From Octopus bimaculoides (taxonomy: Eukaryota): a stretch of DNA of 64,000 bases. The first letter of the stretch is position 1. The number at the start of each line of letters is the position of its first letter. A program made the translations under genes and the position numbers. The stretch is taken from positions 6,471,643 through 6,535,642 of the forward strand of contig NC_068990.1 of NCBI RefSeq assembly GCF_001194135.2, in the 5' to 3' direction. The notes under the pieces were generated by a model. The model was not told the origin of the DNA, ran no database searches, and saw only the letters and a program-made list of their open reading frames with translations. This document shows positions 39,041 through 53,132 of the stretch, piece by piece.

Positions 39041-39256
39041 CCCTTCTATTAAAGGCACAAGGCCTGAAATTTTGGGGGAAGGGACTAGTCGATTACATCG
39101 ACCCCAGTGTTTCACTGGTACTTAATTTATCCATCCCGGAAGAATGAAAAGCAAAGTCGATCTCGGCGGAATTTGAACTGAGAATGTTGTGACGGGCGAA
39201 ATACCACTATCCATTTCGTTCAGCTTGCTAACGACTCTGCCAGCTCACCACCTTTA
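39041..39256 (-). mobile_element. Family C SINE (full length)
   Basis: AGGCACAAGGCCTGAAATTTTGGGGG...CGATTACATCGACCCCAG...GGAATTTGAAC...GCTAACGACTCTGCCAGCTCACCACC. Confidence 0.9.
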
Positions 39257-39280
39257 GGCATAACATAATAATGGATACAT

Positions 39281-39313
<33 letters not shown>

Positions 39314-39334
39314 TACATACATACATACATATAA

Positions 39335-39379
<45 letters not shown>

Positions 39380-39473
39380 CACACATATACATACACGCGC
39401 ACACTAAAATCCTGTTTATTAGCATGTACGTATATACATATGCATATACATACATACACATGCACGCACACAG

Positions 39474-39506
<33 letters not shown>

Positions 39507-39599
39507 CATAGAAAGATAGAGAGAAAGAGTGAAAGATAAATAGGTAGGTAGGTAGGTAGGTAGGTAGGTAGGTAGGTAGGTAGGTAGATAGGTAGATAG

Positions 39600-39630
<31 letters not shown>

Positions 39631-40976
39631 GAGAGAGAGATAGATATCCAGGCTGGCACCGTTCAAGCACTCTATTATAATCCAAGATATGACTAACTGC
39701 ATCCATCGCTAAGGAACAACTTAGGACTATTCGAGGTAAACGATCCCATTGTATTCCATCTGGATTCGCTTCTTTGGATTATAAATAGTTAGCAGAGTGT
39801 TAACATCCAAGACAATTCGATGAATAAGGAGAGATCTTTTTATTATTAATGTCAATTATGCAGTATATTTAATTTTAATCTGTCCGATACAGGTTTCCTA
39901 CTCCATAGATATCGCGCATTGTGGTTTTCCTTTGCTTCCAGTTTATTCACATGGTTAAGAGTCTATGCAGCCTTATTCAAAATGCTGCACGCTGATATGG
40001 ATTGAAGTGAGCTAAAACAAACTGGATGAAAATGGAAACCACATTGTGAGACATCCATGCTGCAGAAACATGTGTCGGACAGATTTAAATTATATTATAC
40101 TGAAAAATTGATTATATATATATATGTATATATATAAATATATATATANNNNNNNNNNNNNNNNNNNNNNNNNNNNNNNNNNNNNNNNNNNNNNNNNNNN
40201 NNNNNNNNNNNNNNNNNNNNNNNNNNNNNNNNNNNNNNNNNNNNNNNNNNNNNNNNNNNNNNNNNNNNNNNNNNNNNNNNNNNNNNNNNNNNNNNNNNNN
40301 NNNNNNNNNNNNNNNNNNNNNNNNNNNNNNNNNNNNNNNNNNNNNNNNNNNNNNNNNNNNNNNNNNNNNNNNNNNNNNNNNNNNNNNNNNNNNNNNNNNN
40401 NNNNNNNNNNNNNNNNNNNNNNNNNNNNNNNNNNNNNNNNNNNNNNNNNNNNNNNNNNNNNNNNNNNNNNNNNNNNNNNNNNNNNNNNNNNNNNNNNNNN
40501 NNNNNNNNNNNNNNNNNNNNNNNNNNNNNNNNNNNNNNNNNNNNNNNNNNNNNNNNNNNNNNNNNNNNNNNNNNNNNNNNNNNNNNNNNNNNNNNNNNNN
40601 NNNNNNNNNNNNNNNNNNNNNNNNNNNNNNNNNNNNNNNNNNNNNNNNNNNNNNNNNNNNNNNNNNNNNNNNNNNNNNNNNNNNNNNNNNNNNNNNNNNN
40701 NNNNNNNNNNNNNNNNNNNNNNNNNNNNNNNNNNNNNNNNNNNNNNNNNNNNNNNNNNNNNNNNNNNNNNNNNNNNNNNNNNNNNNNNNNNNNNNNNNNN
40801 NNNNNNNNNNNNNNNNNNNNNNNNNNNNNNNNNNNNNNNNNNNNNNNNNNNNNNNNNNNNNNNNNNNNNNNNNNNNNNNNNNNNNNNNNNNNNNNNNNNN
40901 NNNNNNNNNNNATGTATGTATATATATATACATATATATATGTACATATACATATATACACACCTATATTCATGTA

Positions 40977-41043
<67 letters not shown>

Positions 41044-41231
41044 AAGTACATAATAAAGGAAGGGATACAATATCCAGGCAGATATCGCAGTTCTTTATGT
41101 AAAATGCCAAGACTGGTTCCTTCAGATGGTGCGTTTTATGGTAAATTTGTTTGAAACAATAATTATGAATAAACCAACTGCAAATAAACGTAAAGTTCGT
41201 ATGTTCAAATTCTTCATTCTCCTTGTTCTCT

Positions 41232-41395
41232 ATCAAGGCCGGCTCACGGCATGGGCAACTCGGGTAGTCGCCCGGGGCACCATCTGCTTTTTAGTCTACT
41301 TTTTCAGTTTTTCCCCTTGTGAAAGTTTTTAAAAATATATACTTGTAAGGGCGCCAAAGTTCAGCTTGCCTGGGGCGCCAGTAACCTTAGGACCT
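41232..41395. mobile_element. Possible hAT-type MITE remnant
   Basis: CAAGGCCGGCTC...GCCCGGGGCACC and GGGCGCC...GCCTGGGGCGCC GC-rich subterminal motifs. Confidence 0.35.
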
Positions 41396-42327
41396 CTATA
41401 TAAGAATATACATACATATATACATATATATAAACAATATATGAGTATATGCATATATATGTACATGTATGTATATACGTTCATCTACATGTACATATAG
41501 ATACATAACTGGGTACATGACGTGGCAAAAGAACAAGGACAAAAATGGTAAACAAGGTGCAACAAACAAGCAGGCCACATAGAAACATCCCCTTCATCAG
41601 CTGCCACCATTAAAACTCCGGCGTTTCGAAGAATTAAGGCAGTACGCATTGTTAAAATGGTTCTTCCCACGAACACAAATTAAATTGTTTTCGTGGAGGG
41701 TAGTGGCGGACGGAAAACAAGACAGGAAAACNNNNNNNNNNNNNNNNNNNNNNNNNNNNNNNNNNNNNNNNNNNNNNNNNNNNNNNNNNNNNNNNNNNNN
41801 NNNNNNNNNNNNNNNNNNNNNNNNNNNNNNNNNNNNNNNNNNNNNNNNNNNNNNNNNNNNNNNNNNNNNNNNNNNNNNNNNNNNNNNNNNNNNNNNNNNN
41901 NNNNNNNNNNNNNNNNNNNNNNNNNNNNNNNNNNNNNNNNNNNNNNNNNNNNNNNNNNNNNNNNNNNNNNNNNNNNNNNNNNNNNNNNNNNNNNNNNNNN
42001 NNNNNNNNNNNNNNNNNNNNNNNNNNNNNNNNNNNNNNNNNNNNNNNNNNNNNNNNNNNNNNNNNNNNNNNNNNNNNNNNNNNNNNNNNNNNNNNNNNNN
42101 NNNNNNNNNNNNNNNNNNNNNNNNNNNNNNNNNNNNNNNNNNNNNNNNNNNNNNNNNNNNNNNNNNNNNNNNNNNNNNNNNNNNNNNNNNNNNNNNNNNN
42201 NNNNNNNNNNNNNNNNNNNNNNNNNNNNNNNNNNNNNNNNNNNNNNNNNNNNNNNNNNNNNNNNNNNNNNNNNNNNNNNNNNNNNNNNNNNNNNNNNNNN
42301 NNNNNNNNNNNNNNNNNNNNNNNNNNN

Positions 42328-42540
42328 AGGAGTTTTTAAATCAAAGCTGGACCTCTTCCTATCGAGAGTCCCAGATGAACCTACCTCGCGGCAGGATGTG
42401 CAAATGAGGGTTGCTAAATCAAACTCCATTCTTCACCAAGTGCCACATATTGTAAGAGGCTCCCTGTAATAACAGTGTAGCAACACGGTGGTGCATCAGC
42501 ATGGCCGCAGCTCTAAGCTGAAACTTAAAAAAAAAAAAAA

Positions 42541-42576
<36 letters not shown>

Positions 42577-43050
42577 CATATTGAATCACCCCAGAGGGCA
42601 CTCACTAAATGAATTGAAGGCATGACTGATCTCGATTACTGGGACCGCCTTAAAGCCTTAAAGCCTTTGAAACTCTACTCTCTCCAGCGGCGCCGCGAGC
42701 GGTACATCATTTGTACGATGTGGAAAATATACCGCCAACATTGCCCAAACGACCTGAACAGTAGTTTCAAGATTCATCCAAGGCTGGGACCACGGGCCAT
42801 ACGTCCCCTGCCCAATTCAGGATCACAACATATAGGTACACTGTGACATAGTTTCTTTTCCTCAACAGGCAGGCCCTGCCCTGTTTAACATTCTCCCAAA
42901 ACTGATTAAAGAGGAAAAGAACCCCCTTCATCTTTAAACAGAGTCTGGACGGATTTCTTCAAGGAATACCAGATAAGCCACCCATACCTGGATACAACTC
43001 ACTCAACAAGAACTCACTACTTGAATGGACCATAAACAAAACTTGACTTA
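42328..43050 (+). mobile_element. Two CR1/L2-group LINE 3' fragments (42328-42470 and 42590-43050)
   Basis: GVFKSKLDLFLSRVPDEP...AKSNSILHQ; LDYWDRLKALK.LKLYSLQRRRERYII..MWK...GPALFNILPK. Confidence 0.88.
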
Positions 43051-43990
43051 AAATGGATTTAGATAATCCCATCAGGTGGTACTATTAAGTTACACATGGC
43101 CTAGACTAATCTTTGGTCGCAACATATCTAAGCTTTATCTAAGTTTAAATATATATATATATATATATATATANNNNNNNNNNNNNNNNNNNNNNNNNNN
43201 NNNNNNNNNNNNNNNNNNNNNNNNNNNNNNNNNNNNNNNNNNNNNNNNNNNNNNNNNNNNNNNNNNNNNNNNNNNNNNNNNNNNNNNNNNNNNNNNNNNN
43301 NNNNNNNNNNNNNNNNNNNNNNNNNNNNNNNNNNNNNNNNNNNNNNNNNNNNNNNNNNNNNNNNNNNNNNNNNNNNNNNNNNNNNNNNNNNNNNNNNNNN
43401 NNNNNNNNNNNNNNNNNNNNNNNNNNNNNNNNNNNNNNNNNNNNNNNNNNNNNNNNNNNNNNNNNNNNNNNNNNNNNNNNNNNNNNNNNNNNNNNNNNNN
43501 NNNNNNNNNNNNNNNNNNNNNNNNNNNNNNNNNNNNNNNNNNNNNNNNNNNNNNNNNNNNNNNNNNNNNNNNNNNNNNNNNNNNNNNNNNNNNNNNNNNN
43601 NNNNNNNNNNNNNNNNNNNNNNNNNNNNNNNNNNNNNNNNNNNNNNNNNNNNNNNNNNNNNNNNNNNNNNNNNNNNNNNNNNNNNNNNNNNNNNNNNNNN
43701 NNNNNNNNNNNNNNNNNNNNNNNNNNNNNNNNNNNNNNNNNNNNNNNNNNNNNNNNNNNNNNNNNNNNNNNNNNNNNNNNNNNNNNNNNNNNNNNNNNNN
43801 NNNNNNNNNNNNNNNNNNNNNNNNNNNNNNNNNNNNNNNNNNNNNNNNNNNNNNNNNNNNNNNNNNNNNNNNNNNNNNNNNNNNNNNNNNNNNNNNNNNN
43901 NNNNNNNNNNNNNNNNNNNNNNNNNNNNNNNNNNNNNNNNNNNNNNNNNNNNNNNNNNNNNNNNNNNNNNNNNNNNNNNNNNNNNNNNNN

Positions 43991-44190
43991 CTGAACTTGA
44001 GGCATCCAGTTTAGTCTTGTAGAACCCACTTCATGGTGATGTAGGAAGAGGAAAATGTCACCACCCCTTGATTGCAGACACTAGCCTGAAATGTATTTGG
44101 GACCTCAAGTCAGTGATGATGGACCGAGAAGTGTGGCGAGTGGACATTGTTGCTGCGGACCGGGCTGGAACCCCACCATAGTAATAATAA
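43991..44190 (+). mobile_element. RTE-like LINE 3' end, same family as 37205-38795
   Basis: CATGGTGATGTAGGAAG...TTGATTGCAGACAC...GTGATGATGGACCG...TTGCTGCGG...AATAATAAAA. Confidence 0.8.
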
Positions 44191-44217
44191 AAATACGTCT
44201 ATCTATCTATCTATCTT

Positions 44218-44276
<59 letters not shown>

Positions 44277-44822
44277 ATCTGTGTGTGTATGTGTGTAGCT
44301 TGTTGCGTCTTGGGAAGGTCATTACGCCAATAAAAATAGCAAAAGCACTGGTTCAATATAACTTCTTTCTTGTTAGTCAATTGGTTGATTATTTAACCAA
44401 CTAACTAATCAATCGCTTGTTTAATGTGTTGGTTAAACAATTAATCAATTGTTTGTTTACCAAAGCCCTTTTGTCGTTATTCGCGACCTTGTCTGTGACA
44501 TATTTCTTCTCGTCAAGCTTTGCTTTCTGTACGTACGTATGTATATGTGTGTATGTTTGTGTGTGTGTGTGTGAGTGTGTGTGTGTGTGTGTGTATCTGT
44601 GTGTGTGTGTATCTATATATGTCTATGTGTGTGTGTGTGTTATATATACATGTATAAATATACTTACTCAAATGCATGCATTCGGTTAACAAAAACTGAC
44701 AGAAAAAGTACCAAGCTTTAAAAAAAATGTTCTGTGGTCAATTCATTCGACTAAAATTTCCTCAAAGCGGTGTCCCAGCATGACAGAGTCGAATGACCGA
44801 AACAATTAAAAGCTAAAATATG

Positions 44823-44855
<33 letters not shown>

Positions 44856-44936
44856 TACTTGTTTATTCATTTCATATGTGTATACACATATATGCATATA
44901 CACATATATGCATATATGTATGTAAGTGGATATGCA

Positions 44937-44995
<59 letters not shown>

Positions 44996-46036
44996 ATATA
45001 TATATTTTTTCAACTNNNNNNNNNNNNNNNNNNNNNNNNNNNNNNNNNNNNNNNNNNNNNNNNNNNNNNNNNNNNNNNNNNNNNNNNNNNNNNNNNNNNN
45101 NNNNNNNNNNNNNNNNNNNNNNNNNNNNNNNNNNNNNNNNNNNNNNNNNNNNNNNNNNNNNNNNNNNNNNNNNNNNNNNNNNNNNNNNNNNNNNNNNNNN
45201 NNNNNNNNNNNNNNNNNNNNNNNNNNNNNNNNNNNNNNNNNNNNNNNNNNNNNNNNNNNNNNNNNNNNNNNNNNNNNNNNNNNNNNNNNNNNNNNNNNNN
45301 NNNNNNNNNNNNNNNNNNNNNNNNNNNNNNNNNNNNNNNNNNNNNNNNNNNNNNNNNNNNNNNNNNNNNNNNNNNNNNNNNNNNNNNNNNNNNNNNNNNN
45401 NNNNNNNNNNNNNNNNNNNNNNNNNNNNNNNNNNNNNNNNNNNNNNNNNNNNNNNNNNNNNNNNNNNNNNNNNNNNNNNNNNNNNNNNNNNNNNNNNNNN
45501 NNNNNNNNNNNNNNNNNNNNNNNNNNNNNNNNNNNNNNNNNNAATACAAATATGTTCCTGTGTGTACGTGTGTGTGTGTGTGTATACGTGTGAACGTAAA
45601 CATAGATATATATTCAAATCTATAAAAAAATGTATAAAACTCCTACATGTATGTAAGAATGGGATGTCATGCGGTACTTTCTTCATGAACTTACACGCAT
45701 TCATGGAGGCATGCATGCTTATACACATACACAAAGAATACACATCGCGCGCGCACACACACACTTTGAAACATATACGCACACTCGTGTTTGTGTATAC
45801 GTGTGTGTTTGTGTATGTGTGTGTGTGTGTGTGTTGGTGTGGACATATCTCAATAAATCTATATTGCCTTGGTTCATATTTTACAAATGTGTAGTTTTTC
45901 TGGGCAATTAAAAAGAGTTATTTTTCACTCACCCCACATACACCTGCGTTCGTGTCTGTGTATGTGCATGTTACTTGTGCGACGTGTGTGTGAGTGGGTG
46001 TGTATGTGTGTGCGTTTGTTTGCCTGTGTATTTGTT

Positions 46037-46097
<61 letters not shown>

Positions 46098-48259
46098 NNN
46101 NNNNNNNNNNNNNNNNNNNNNNNNNNNNNNNNNNNNNNNNNNNNNNNNNNNNNNNNNNNNNNNNNNNNNNNNNNNNNNNNNNNNNNNNNNNNNNNNNNNN
46201 NNNNNNNNNNNNNNNNNNNNNNNNNNNNNNNNNNNNNNNNNNNNNNNNNNNNNNNNNNNNNNNNNNNNNNNNNNNNNNNNNNNNNNNNNNNNNNNNNNNN
46301 NNNNNNNNNNNNNNNNNNNNNNNNNNNNNNNNNNNNNNNNNNNNNNNNNNNNNNNNNNNNNNNNNNNNNNNNNNNNNNNNNNNNNNNNNNNNNNNNNNNN
46401 NNNNNNNNNNNNNNNNNNNNNNNNNNNNNNNNNNNNNNNNNNNNNNNNNNNNNNNNNNNNNNNNNNNNNNNNNNNNNNNNNNNNNNNNNNNNNNNNNNNN
46501 NNNNNNNNNNNNNNNNNNNNNNNNNNNNNNNNNNNNNNNNNNNNNNNNNNNNNNNNNNNNNNNNNNNNNNNNNNNNNNNNNNNNNNNNNNNNNNNNNNNN
46601 NNNNNNNNNNNNNNNNNNNNNNNNNNNNNNNNNNNNNNNNNNNNNNNNNNNNNNNNNNNNNNNNNNNNNNNNNNNNNNNNNNNNNNNNNNNNNNNNNNNN
46701 NNNNNNNNNNNNNNNNNNNNNNNTATATATATATATATATGACTGCTGCTATGAAAATATACATATTATAACTGTTGAAACTGAGAAAGCAAATCAAGAA
46801 ACCAACGCTTTTTTTCTACATATAAATCTTTCTATACAAGTACCAGAGCATCTGCAATGACTGTGTGTTAAAGCTATCTTTACTTCATTATCTTTGTTGT
46901 CTACCATCATACTGTCGTTTATGGCATAACTATGTATGCGGTGTATCAGAATAAATTTTCCGTGTATAAATACACGTTTATTCATACGTACATACATACA
47001 TACATACATGTGCAAGGGTATACATAATTAAACACTCATTCATTCCACCCCACACATATTTAGTTCAACGTTGTCGATGGTTATAGCAAAAAAAAAAAAA
47101 AAAAAATTGATAAACTTCATTATGAAGTTGAACAATTTGATATAAAATTTATAAACAATTGGAGAAAATATCCAAGCAGAGAGTATTTCTAAAGGATAAA
47201 AGAAAACTAGTATGGCAAATAAAATTGAAAAAATGTACTTGAAACAACGCGTTGAAAATCTGTTTGAATCAACGTAGAAAGGTTTTGTGCGTGTGTGGGG
47301 TGGGGGTCGGTGTGGGTGTGAGTATGTGTGTGTGTGGGGAGGAGTAAAGGTGCACCAAGTAATTAAAAGCAACATAGGAAAAACAAAACCATCAAAAACG
47401 TAAGCACAACATACTCCCAGGAAAATGGCACACACTTTCAACTGTATAAAAAGAAACAGTTCATTCCACAAAAACGCTCTCAGCACCAGTAACAGCTCCG
47501 ATATAGCCCGTGGTTATATCGGGGCTGTCATTTTTCTGTCGATGTTACCCATGACGCTTACGACGAAGACTCCAGAGAATTCTAGTTACAGTGGGGCCGC
47601 GACCAGGTTCTCTGCCCACTCTCTATCATGTTACAGTAGCAGCTGTCTTGGGGGTTCAAGAGAGCTATATGGTTATTTGAAGCTCTGGGTCACACAGTTC
47701 TTCTGAGTCTTGGCGGACATAAATAATCCTCTCTTCACCACCTAGAAGCTGTAACCGATGTTCTGCGGCACCATCCATCTGATAAGAAGACTCCACCCCC
47801 TTCAGTTGCTTGGTGATGACCCTCATCAACCCGCTCGGGTTACCGTTAGTGATATGCGCCTGCAGGACGAAATCCGTCATTCTGACAACGTTGGACTGCT
47901 GAGAACCTTTCTTTCTCTTGGTCAAGGATGACACGTACCTCACCAGAGACCCCTTTTTTGTTCAAGAAGCTTGTGATAAAAGTATAATGAACTCTTTACT
48001 TGTCTCATTCTCCCAGCGCTCCATCCGTGCACCCCCACCAAGAGCATATGGCCAAAATTACCAAAGAGAAATAAGAAACGTGTTTCACAGCTTCAACGGG
48101 TTCAGTCTTCTCTTTATCACCTGAAGACACTTAACTTGGCCAGTTCTAGTAGAGACACCCATCTTTAGTACAACCAGGTTAGAAGTTTATGCTACTAGGC
48201 GCCCCACCCTGCAACATCTGCAACAATAACATTTTATTCATAAATATAAGATCTCACAT

Positions 48260-48309
<50 letters not shown>

Positions 48310-49851
48310 TCTCTATCTATCTATCTAGATGGATAGCTGGATGGATGGATGGACAGATACGTGTGTAGGTGTGTTGTGTATGTATGCGTGCCTAACAACT
48401 ATGAAGGCAAGATGATAGAGTTTCATAGCGTTATCAACGCAAAGAAAAAACAAAATTTTGCAAGCGATAAATTGGGATTATGAATGACGTTCCCCTTACG
48501 AATAAAACTGTTGACGCTAAAGGAATTAAAACCATAACCGTGAAAATTTCGGGACACACTCACTGAAAGATACCTTCATTACTGCTCTTGTTATCACCGC
48601 TCGCCTTGGTATCATCACAATTGCTCATTTTTCAACAGAAAGAGGAATATCTAGAGAAGTATTTCTCTTGGATTTTTAAACGTTAAGAGACAGTATATAG
48701 ACATTTTCAAAAAGGAAAATACCTGAACGTATACATGTTCATATCCATTCAAAATGACGGATAGCTGGATGAAGATGAAACAAATTTATATATCAGAAAG
48801 ATATGGACAAAACGATCCGTGAGAATGTTGAATCCCTTCTAGCACTTCATACATTTTGATCTTATCTTATTGAATTAATGAAAATGGAGTTACAGAATTA
48901 TAAGACAGCAATGGTAGGCTTACCTGAGGGATTACCTCTCTGTTACAGTTTTTAGATGTTTCTGTAAACCAACTGTTGAAAGTCTTTCATGCGTGAAGAA
49001 TGGAATAAGTAAATGAATGTTTCAACTCAAAATGACTGTACCACTATTTGACGCATAAAGACACCCAGTGCTGAAAAAGTGTGCCAGTCAGCTACAAACC
49101 ATGGAATGCAGTGAAAGAAGAGACTGTCGCGGCGCGGAAGGTGAAACAAGATCTGAACAGGCGAGAGAAGCAGCGGAGAGGAATTTGAAAGTTTCGAAGA
49201 TGGCAGCAGTGAAGAATTTGAAGGTTTCCAAGACGGTGTCAGCGCAGATGAAATGAAAACTATGAAGATAACAGCGAGAGTGAATAATCATTTCACTACA
49301 TATCCTGGCACTTTTACATATTTATAGATATACCAAAGGTAATAATTGTATTAGAAAGTTAAAGTTTTTTTTATTTAAATTTTTTTTTGCCATTTTGTAC
49401 AGTTTTTATTTCCTATTTAAGTGATTCTTATTTCATATTTGATATTTTTTATATGAGTAGTAAGAAACTCTCAAGAGAGCCGAACAGCAAAAGGTCACCA
49501 GAGAAGAAACCCCGTCCAGGCAAGCGTTTCAGCTCTTAACTTCTTACACTCGGAGGAGGCCTGGCCGCACCCAGGTTATGATTTCTGGGTGCCCTTCTGC
49601 TGACGTTTTTTAGCCACTGGGATATCGGAGACTCGTGCATTTAAACCGCTCGGAGATTTCATCTAGTTGGAACTCCTCTCTGTCGACTCTGAAAACCCAA
49701 TATTGTCTGTATAGAAGTAGTGTATTCGAAGTACCTATCTGGTATAAAGATACGATTTTTTCCCCCAAAGAAACCAACTATTTGCTNNNNNNNNNNNNNN
49801 NNNNNNNNNNNNNNNNNNNNNNNNNNNNNNNNNNNNNCACACACACACGCA

Positions 49852-50335
49852 TACAGGGTGCGATGGGAAAATTGTCGCCATTTTATATTTTTAATTTTGA
49901 GCATTGTTTGTTTTTGATTTTGTCGACTACACAGTATAGTAGGGTCAGTTCAGCACCGTGTGTGAGAAAAACGGCACCATGACGCAATTCACTCAGCCAG
50001 AAATTTGGAAACAACATGCAGTACTGCTTGGTATTCGTGCCAGAAGCTCCAATACGAACATTTCAGAGTATTTGTGTGTCAATCTGAGGACAGTGTAATC
50101 TCAAGACATGTATCGCGAGTGATAAAAATCAAACATCCAGTTAACAACATCATGGTGTTTGGAATGATCGCTAGTGATGGCGATGTTATGCCTCCATTCA
50201 TCTTCCCACACGGTCTCAGACTCAACACGGAAGCCTACATCAAGTGCCTGGAGGAGGTAGTGCTGCCCTGGGTAAGAGGGTGGTTGCTGGAAGACCCTAT
50301 ACCTGGCCTCAGGACTCTGCACCATGCCACACAAG
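49852..50335 (+). mobile_element. Internally deleted maT/DD37D-like transposon
   Basis: TA-CAGGGTG terminus; KIKHPVNNIMVFGMIASDGDVMPPFIFPHGLRLNTEAYIKCLEEVVLPWV. Confidence 0.88.
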
Positions 50336-50644
50336 TAAGATATTTTTATGTAGTTTTGGTAAATATATCTGTTAAAATGAGATGTCAGAGTTATTTTCAT
50401 TTTTGCGTGATTTAGATGACAGCATATTCACCACACCCTCTNNNNNNNNNNNNNNNNNNNNNNNNNNNNNNNNNNNNNNNNNNNNNNNNNNNNNNNNNNN
50501 NNNNNNNNNNNNNNNNNNNNNNNNNNNNNNNNNNNNNNNNNNNNNNNNNNNNNNNNNNNNNNNNNNNNNNNNNNNNNNNNNNNNNNNNNNNNNNNNNNNN
50601 NNNNNNNNNNNNNNNNNNNNNNNNNNNNNNNNNNNNNNNNNNNN

Positions 50645-51020
50645 ATATACAGCATCCAACACCCAAAGATTAAGCAACTTGCTTGACATAATTTTTAAAC
50701 CTTTATGCAAATTAGTTCTCAGTTTCATCAGAGATGACATGGACTTTTTAAACGATTTCCCAGAACGAGTAAACAAAAAGATAGTACTAGTCAGCTTTGA
50801 CGTAATTAGTCTCTACACAAGCATTCTCCATATATATATGGAGTAGAAGAAGTAGGATTATGGATAAACAAACACCCACAAAGAATTCAGGAGAGATATT
50901 CAAAAGAATTTATACTTGAAGGTTTACAGATAGTACAGGAAAACAACTTCTTTGATAATCAATATTATCTGCAAATACAAAGCACTGGAATGGGAACGAA
51001 AGTCGCGCCAACATTTACAG
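50645..51020 (+). mobile_element. Penelope-like element reverse transcriptase fragment
   Basis: RLSNLLDIIFKPL...SFIRDDMDFL...LVSFDVISLYTSI...ENNFF...YYLQIQSTGMGTKVAPTF. Confidence 0.9.
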
Positions 51021-51415
51021 AGTGAAAACATGTGTTCCAGTCACTGAAAAATAGCACGGTGCCAAACAAGAAAAAAGAAACAAATAAAAACAAGGAAAAT
51101 ACCCGAAGAGCAACTTATTTGCTAACCATTGTAAAATAATGTATTATTTCTATATATATATAGTTATGATATATTCTGTTAAGAACGTTGTAGAGTACAG
51201 TATAAAGCTTGCCCCTGTGCTATTTAGTTGTAGTATTGTACGTACTTACAATATTTATATATCGCCCGAGGTAACACAAGCAGGTCACATAATACAAGAA
51301 AACAGTTGCATAACCAAGTGCCTGCAAGCCTGGAGAACTACGTTGCGTGGAAACAATTGTAGTGATTGCAATAAATGTCCAACCGTATTTCTTCTTGCTG
51401 AGACCAGCTTTTTCA

Positions 51416-51467
<52 letters not shown>

Positions 51468-52138
51468 CACCCCCATATANNNNNNNNNNNNNNNNNNNNN
51501 NNNNNNNNNNNNNNNNNNNNNNNNNNNNNNNNNNNNNNNNNNNNNNNNNNNNNNNNNNNNNNNNNNNNNNNNNNNNNNNNNNNNNNNNNNNNNNNNNNNN
51601 NNNNNNNNNNNNNNNNNNNNNNNNNNNNNNNNNNNNNNNNNNNNNNNNNNNNNNNNNNNNNNNNNNNNNNNNNNNNNNNNNNNNNNNNNNNNNNNNNNNN
51701 NNNNNNNNNNNNNNNNNNNNNNNNNNNNNNNNNNNNNNNNNNNNNNNNNNNNNNNNNNNNNNNNNNNNNNNNNNNNNNNNNNNNNNNNNNNNNNNNNNNN
51801 NNNNNNNNNNNNNNNNNNNNNNNNNNNNNNNNNNNNNNNNNNNNNNNNNNNNNNNNNNNNNNNNNNNNNNNNNNNNNNNNNNNNNNNNNNNNNNNNNNNN
51901 NNNNNNNNNNNNNNNNNNNNNNNNNNNNNNNNNNNNNNNNNNNNNNNNNNNNNNNNNNNNNNNNNNNNNNNNNNNNNNNNNNNNNNNNNNNNNNNNNNNN
52001 NNNNNNNNNNNNNNNNNNNNNNNNNNNNNNNNNNNNNNNNNNNNNNNNNNNNNNNNNNNNNNNNNNNNNNNNNNNNNNNNNNNNNNNNNNNNNNNNNNNN
52101 NNNNNNNNNNNNNNNNNNNNNNNNNNNNNNNNNNNNNN

Positions 52139-52170
<32 letters not shown>

Positions 52171-52174
52171 GAAT

Positions 52175-52338
52175 GATGGGCTTCTTTCGATTTCCATCTA
52201 CTAACTCCACTCACAAACAAAACGTTGGTCGAGTCGGAGCTGTAGTGGAAGACACTTACCTAAGATTCCATTCAGTGGGACTGAACCCGTAAACCATGTG
52301 GTTGAGAAGCAAACTTCTTACCACATAGTTACGCCTGA
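52175..52338 (-). mobile_element. Diverged family A-type SINE head
   Basis: GGGCTTCTTTCGATTTCCATCTAC...AGACACTTACCTAAG...GGGACTGAACCCG. Confidence 0.75.
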
Positions 52339-52446
52339 ACAAGTAAACCTACAATTGTTTCATGTATTTATTGTACAAAGAAACTGCCTCACAAAACCTG
52401 CATAAAATTTATGGCAGTCAATTACTAGGATACTGTCCATTATATA

Positions 52447-52655
52447 ATCCTTTCTACTATAGGCTTAAGACCTGAAATTTGATGTGATGGGACTAGTCGA
52501 TTACATCGACTCCAGTGTGTAACTGGTACTTAATTTATCGACTTCGTAAGGATGAAAGGCAAAGTCAAACCTCGGTGGGATTTGAACTCAGAACATAGCT
52601 GCAGACGAAATACCGCTAAGCATTTCGCCCGGCGAGCTAACGATTCTGCCAGCTT
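52447..52655 (-). mobile_element. Family C SINE
   Basis: Matches the 39041 copy. Confidence 0.88.
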
Positions 52656-53132
52656 ATGCAAGGTCAAGTTGCTTATTCGGTTTATTACGACGTTGTTATG
52701 TGATGCTTATTGTGTATGGTTACTTAGAAAAAGTATTAGAGATATTTATCTTCTTTTCAGAAATTGAATGTCATGGAGACATCAGTTAGAGAAAGACTAT
52801 CTGGCAGAAAGGAAACATCAGAAGTTGCAAATCGAGACTCAAAATCGCCATATTAGAAACTTAACGTCTATTTTTCTTTCGGTAAGTATATGGAAATTTT
52901 CCAAAAGATTCAGCTGGGTGTTGTTACCCCATACCCAGAAAGTGGTGGTGGTCTTCTCTCAAAATTTATCATTTAAGTATTTTTGATAAAAATAACAGTA
53001 AAATATAAAAGTTTTTTTCTTCTTTCTAAAAAAAAAATGTTTGATGAAATACAAGCAAAATTGTATATGATTATGAAAGCATAATGGAACATGATGGCTA
53101 ATATCAAGCAAGATTTGATTTTGTGTAAATAA

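Noticed and set aside
49068-49291. Acidic EEFESF/EEFEGF repeat ORF
   Set aside because: Most likely a pogo-type transposase C-terminal tail; too short to call
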